DNA from: an uncultured Bacillota bacterium
Lineage (GTDB): Bacteria > Bacillota_I > Bacilli_A > RF39 > UBA660
Assembly: GCA_946611635.1 (NCBI GenBank)
Contig: CAMODW010000004.1
Span: 1-59,414, forward strand
Length of the DNA: 59,414 nt
Reading direction: 5' to 3'
In this document: one piece after another, positions 58,099 to 59,414 of the stretch
Layout: each line of letters starts with the position of its first letter
How positions within the stretch are numbered: the first letter of the stretch is position 1
Made by a program: the position numbers and the translations under genes
Notes under the pieces: generated by a model
What the model was told of the DNA's origin: nothing
The model's database searches: none
What the model saw: the letters and a program-made list of their open reading frames with translations, nothing else

Positions 58099-59414
58099 TT
58101 ACTTAAGAGTAAACTCACTATAATACGCTTTTATTTTACTAGCTGCTTTAACTTGTTCTTCTACCGTAGGAGCCAAAAAGAAGTCTATTACATCTTGTTG
58201 AATTTCACTAGGTGAAAGAAATGTTGCTAACTCTTTTTCATGTTCTCTAACTAACCTTACTGTATCTTTAAATAATTCACTAATCTCCGGTGTTATTTTT
58301 TTTCTATCTAGAAAGTAATTTCTTCTATTTTCTTCTATTTCAGCTTTAGTTAAAGAATTTATTTCATCTAATACTGATTTTAGTATCAAAGGATCTATTA
58401 ATCCTATTTGAATCTTATGATGCAAATCCCCAGAAAACCTCGTAAAATTCCACTCTCTATTATAATCATTCTCATTTAAGACTATTTTACCCATTCTTTC
58501 ATTTAATAACCTAATTACTTTCTTAACAACGTCCATAATCGAATGAATCTTTCCATCTTTATCAAAATTATTCCATTTATCAAGATCTCCTCCAGAATGT
58601 TGATTTATATAAAATGAAAAATGAGGATTAGGCGCACCGTGTGACCTATCATATTCCATATTATAATCAGAACATATTTTTTGCAGAGATTTCTCTATTT
58701 TTTTCTTTATAGATGTTGGATACTCATACTTAGCATCTTCTCCAAATCTAAAAGGCAACTTTCCCTCCTCTACTAAGATCATATTAATACCTGTAACAAG
58801 ATCTCCTTTAACTATTCTAATCTTCTTACTAGTAGCAAATATTCTTTCCATTAATTCTTTATCATCTTTAATCTTATTATAAGTAGCAAGTGTAAAAACC
58901 GTAATACTATTTTTAGATATTGGTAATGGCTCATGAGTTATATCACAATAAGCATCTTTATCAGCTAAAGAATAACCATAACCAGATTCCAGAAAGTTAT
59001 CTATATCATCAATTATAACAAAATTCATATTAGGATTCATATTATTCCATTCTAATGTAGTACCTAAAGCCGTATTAATAGTAAAATGCTTAGTTGAAAA
59101 AAATCTTACAGGCGTATATAAATACAAAGATTCTAACTCCGGTTCTCTTATTTCATCAACTTTTTTAGATCCGAAAAAACTAAATATTGACTTCTTCTTT
59201 GCTACTTCATTTCTAATAGCATTTTTATCATAGCTAGCTATCAACCTATATTCACCATCTGTATAAGTAGAACCACAAACCCACTTAGATTCATAAGGAT
59301 AATTATCAACACTTCTAAGCGTAGCAAGTCCATCAATATACTCTTTATTAGGATCTTCTTCAATCTCTATCAAACGTTTTAACTTATTATAGAAATCCTC
59401 TCTAGTTTTTGTAT
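58099..59414 (-). CDS. hypothetical cytoplasmic protein, 5'-truncated by the window edge
   Basis: The reading frame stays open from 59373 up to base 59414 (..TKTREDFYNKLKRLIEIEEDP..), so the ORF-track TTG start is an artefact. No motif recognised and no signal peptide in the visible part. Confidence 0.6.
   Translation of the reverse strand, partial: TKTREDFYNKLKRLIEIEEDPNKEYIDGLATLRSVDNYPYESKWVCGSTYTDGEYRLIASYDKNAIRNEVAKKKSIFSFFGSKKVDEIREPELESLYLYTPVRFFSTKHFTINTALGTTLEWNNMNPNMNFVIIDDIDNFLESGYGYSLADKDAYCDITHEPLPISKNSITVFTLATYNKIKDDKELMERIFATSKKIRIVKGDLVTGINMILVEEGKLPFRFGEDAKYEYPTSIKKKIEKSLQKICSDYNMEYDRSHGAPNPHFSFYINQHSGGDLDKWNNFDKDGKIHSIMDVVKKVIRLLNERMGKIVLNENDYNREWNFTRFSGDLHHKIQIGLIDPLILKSVLDEINSLTKAEIEENRRNYFLDRKKITPEISELFKDTVRLVREHEKELATFLSPSEIQQDVIDFFLAPTVEEQVKAASKIKAYYSEFTLK

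Overview
This is a strongly AT-rich chromosomal segment from a low-GC Gram-positive bacterium (Bacillota) that uses the standard code, with TGA as a stop. Its gene order matches Bacillus subtilis blocks: ezrA-nifZ-thiI, rpsD, hrcA-grpE-dnaK..dnaJ, rodZ-pgsA..recA, rnpB-gpsB / recU-ponA, dnaD-nth, cca, thrS, der and engB. The extreme AT content and compact genes suggest, by inference only, an Erysipelotrichia- or Mollicutes-related lineage.

I count about 50 protein genes, roughly nine in ten on the minus strand. There is also a type-B RNase P RNA, a T-box leader, a CIRCE operator pair and many Rho-independent terminators whose stems contain the stop codon of the gene they terminate. I saw no rRNA, tRNA, CRISPR array, transposase or phage genes.

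Lineage-specific inserts interrupt the housekeeping blocks:
- **SipW module (7.8-10.9 kb, satellite at 3.4-4.3 kb).** A SipW-type signal peptidase is fused to a large polytopic membrane domain. It sits with three paralogous small secreted proteins and a 2-TM partner. This is the best candidate for an undescribed fibre or matrix system.
- **Transglutaminase-like pair (50.3-54.8 kb).** Two tandem ~720-aa cytoplasmic paralogs carry a Cys-His-Asp core. A relic of the der 3' end between them shows they arose by segmental duplication.
- **tldD-pmbA.** These genes are inserted between dnaK and dnaJ.
- **Degenerate NifS-like gene.** It lies next to thiI and lacks the PLP lysine and the catalytic cysteine.
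- **Small ORF before thrS.** An 82-aa ORF sits between the T-box and a thrS that lacks the TGS domain.
- **Surface-protease-like operon (0.06-3.3 kb).**
- **Orphan type IV pilin pair.** It lies between engB and der.
- **Repeat-rich type II membrane proteins.**

All family assignments come from reading motifs by eye. No database search was run.
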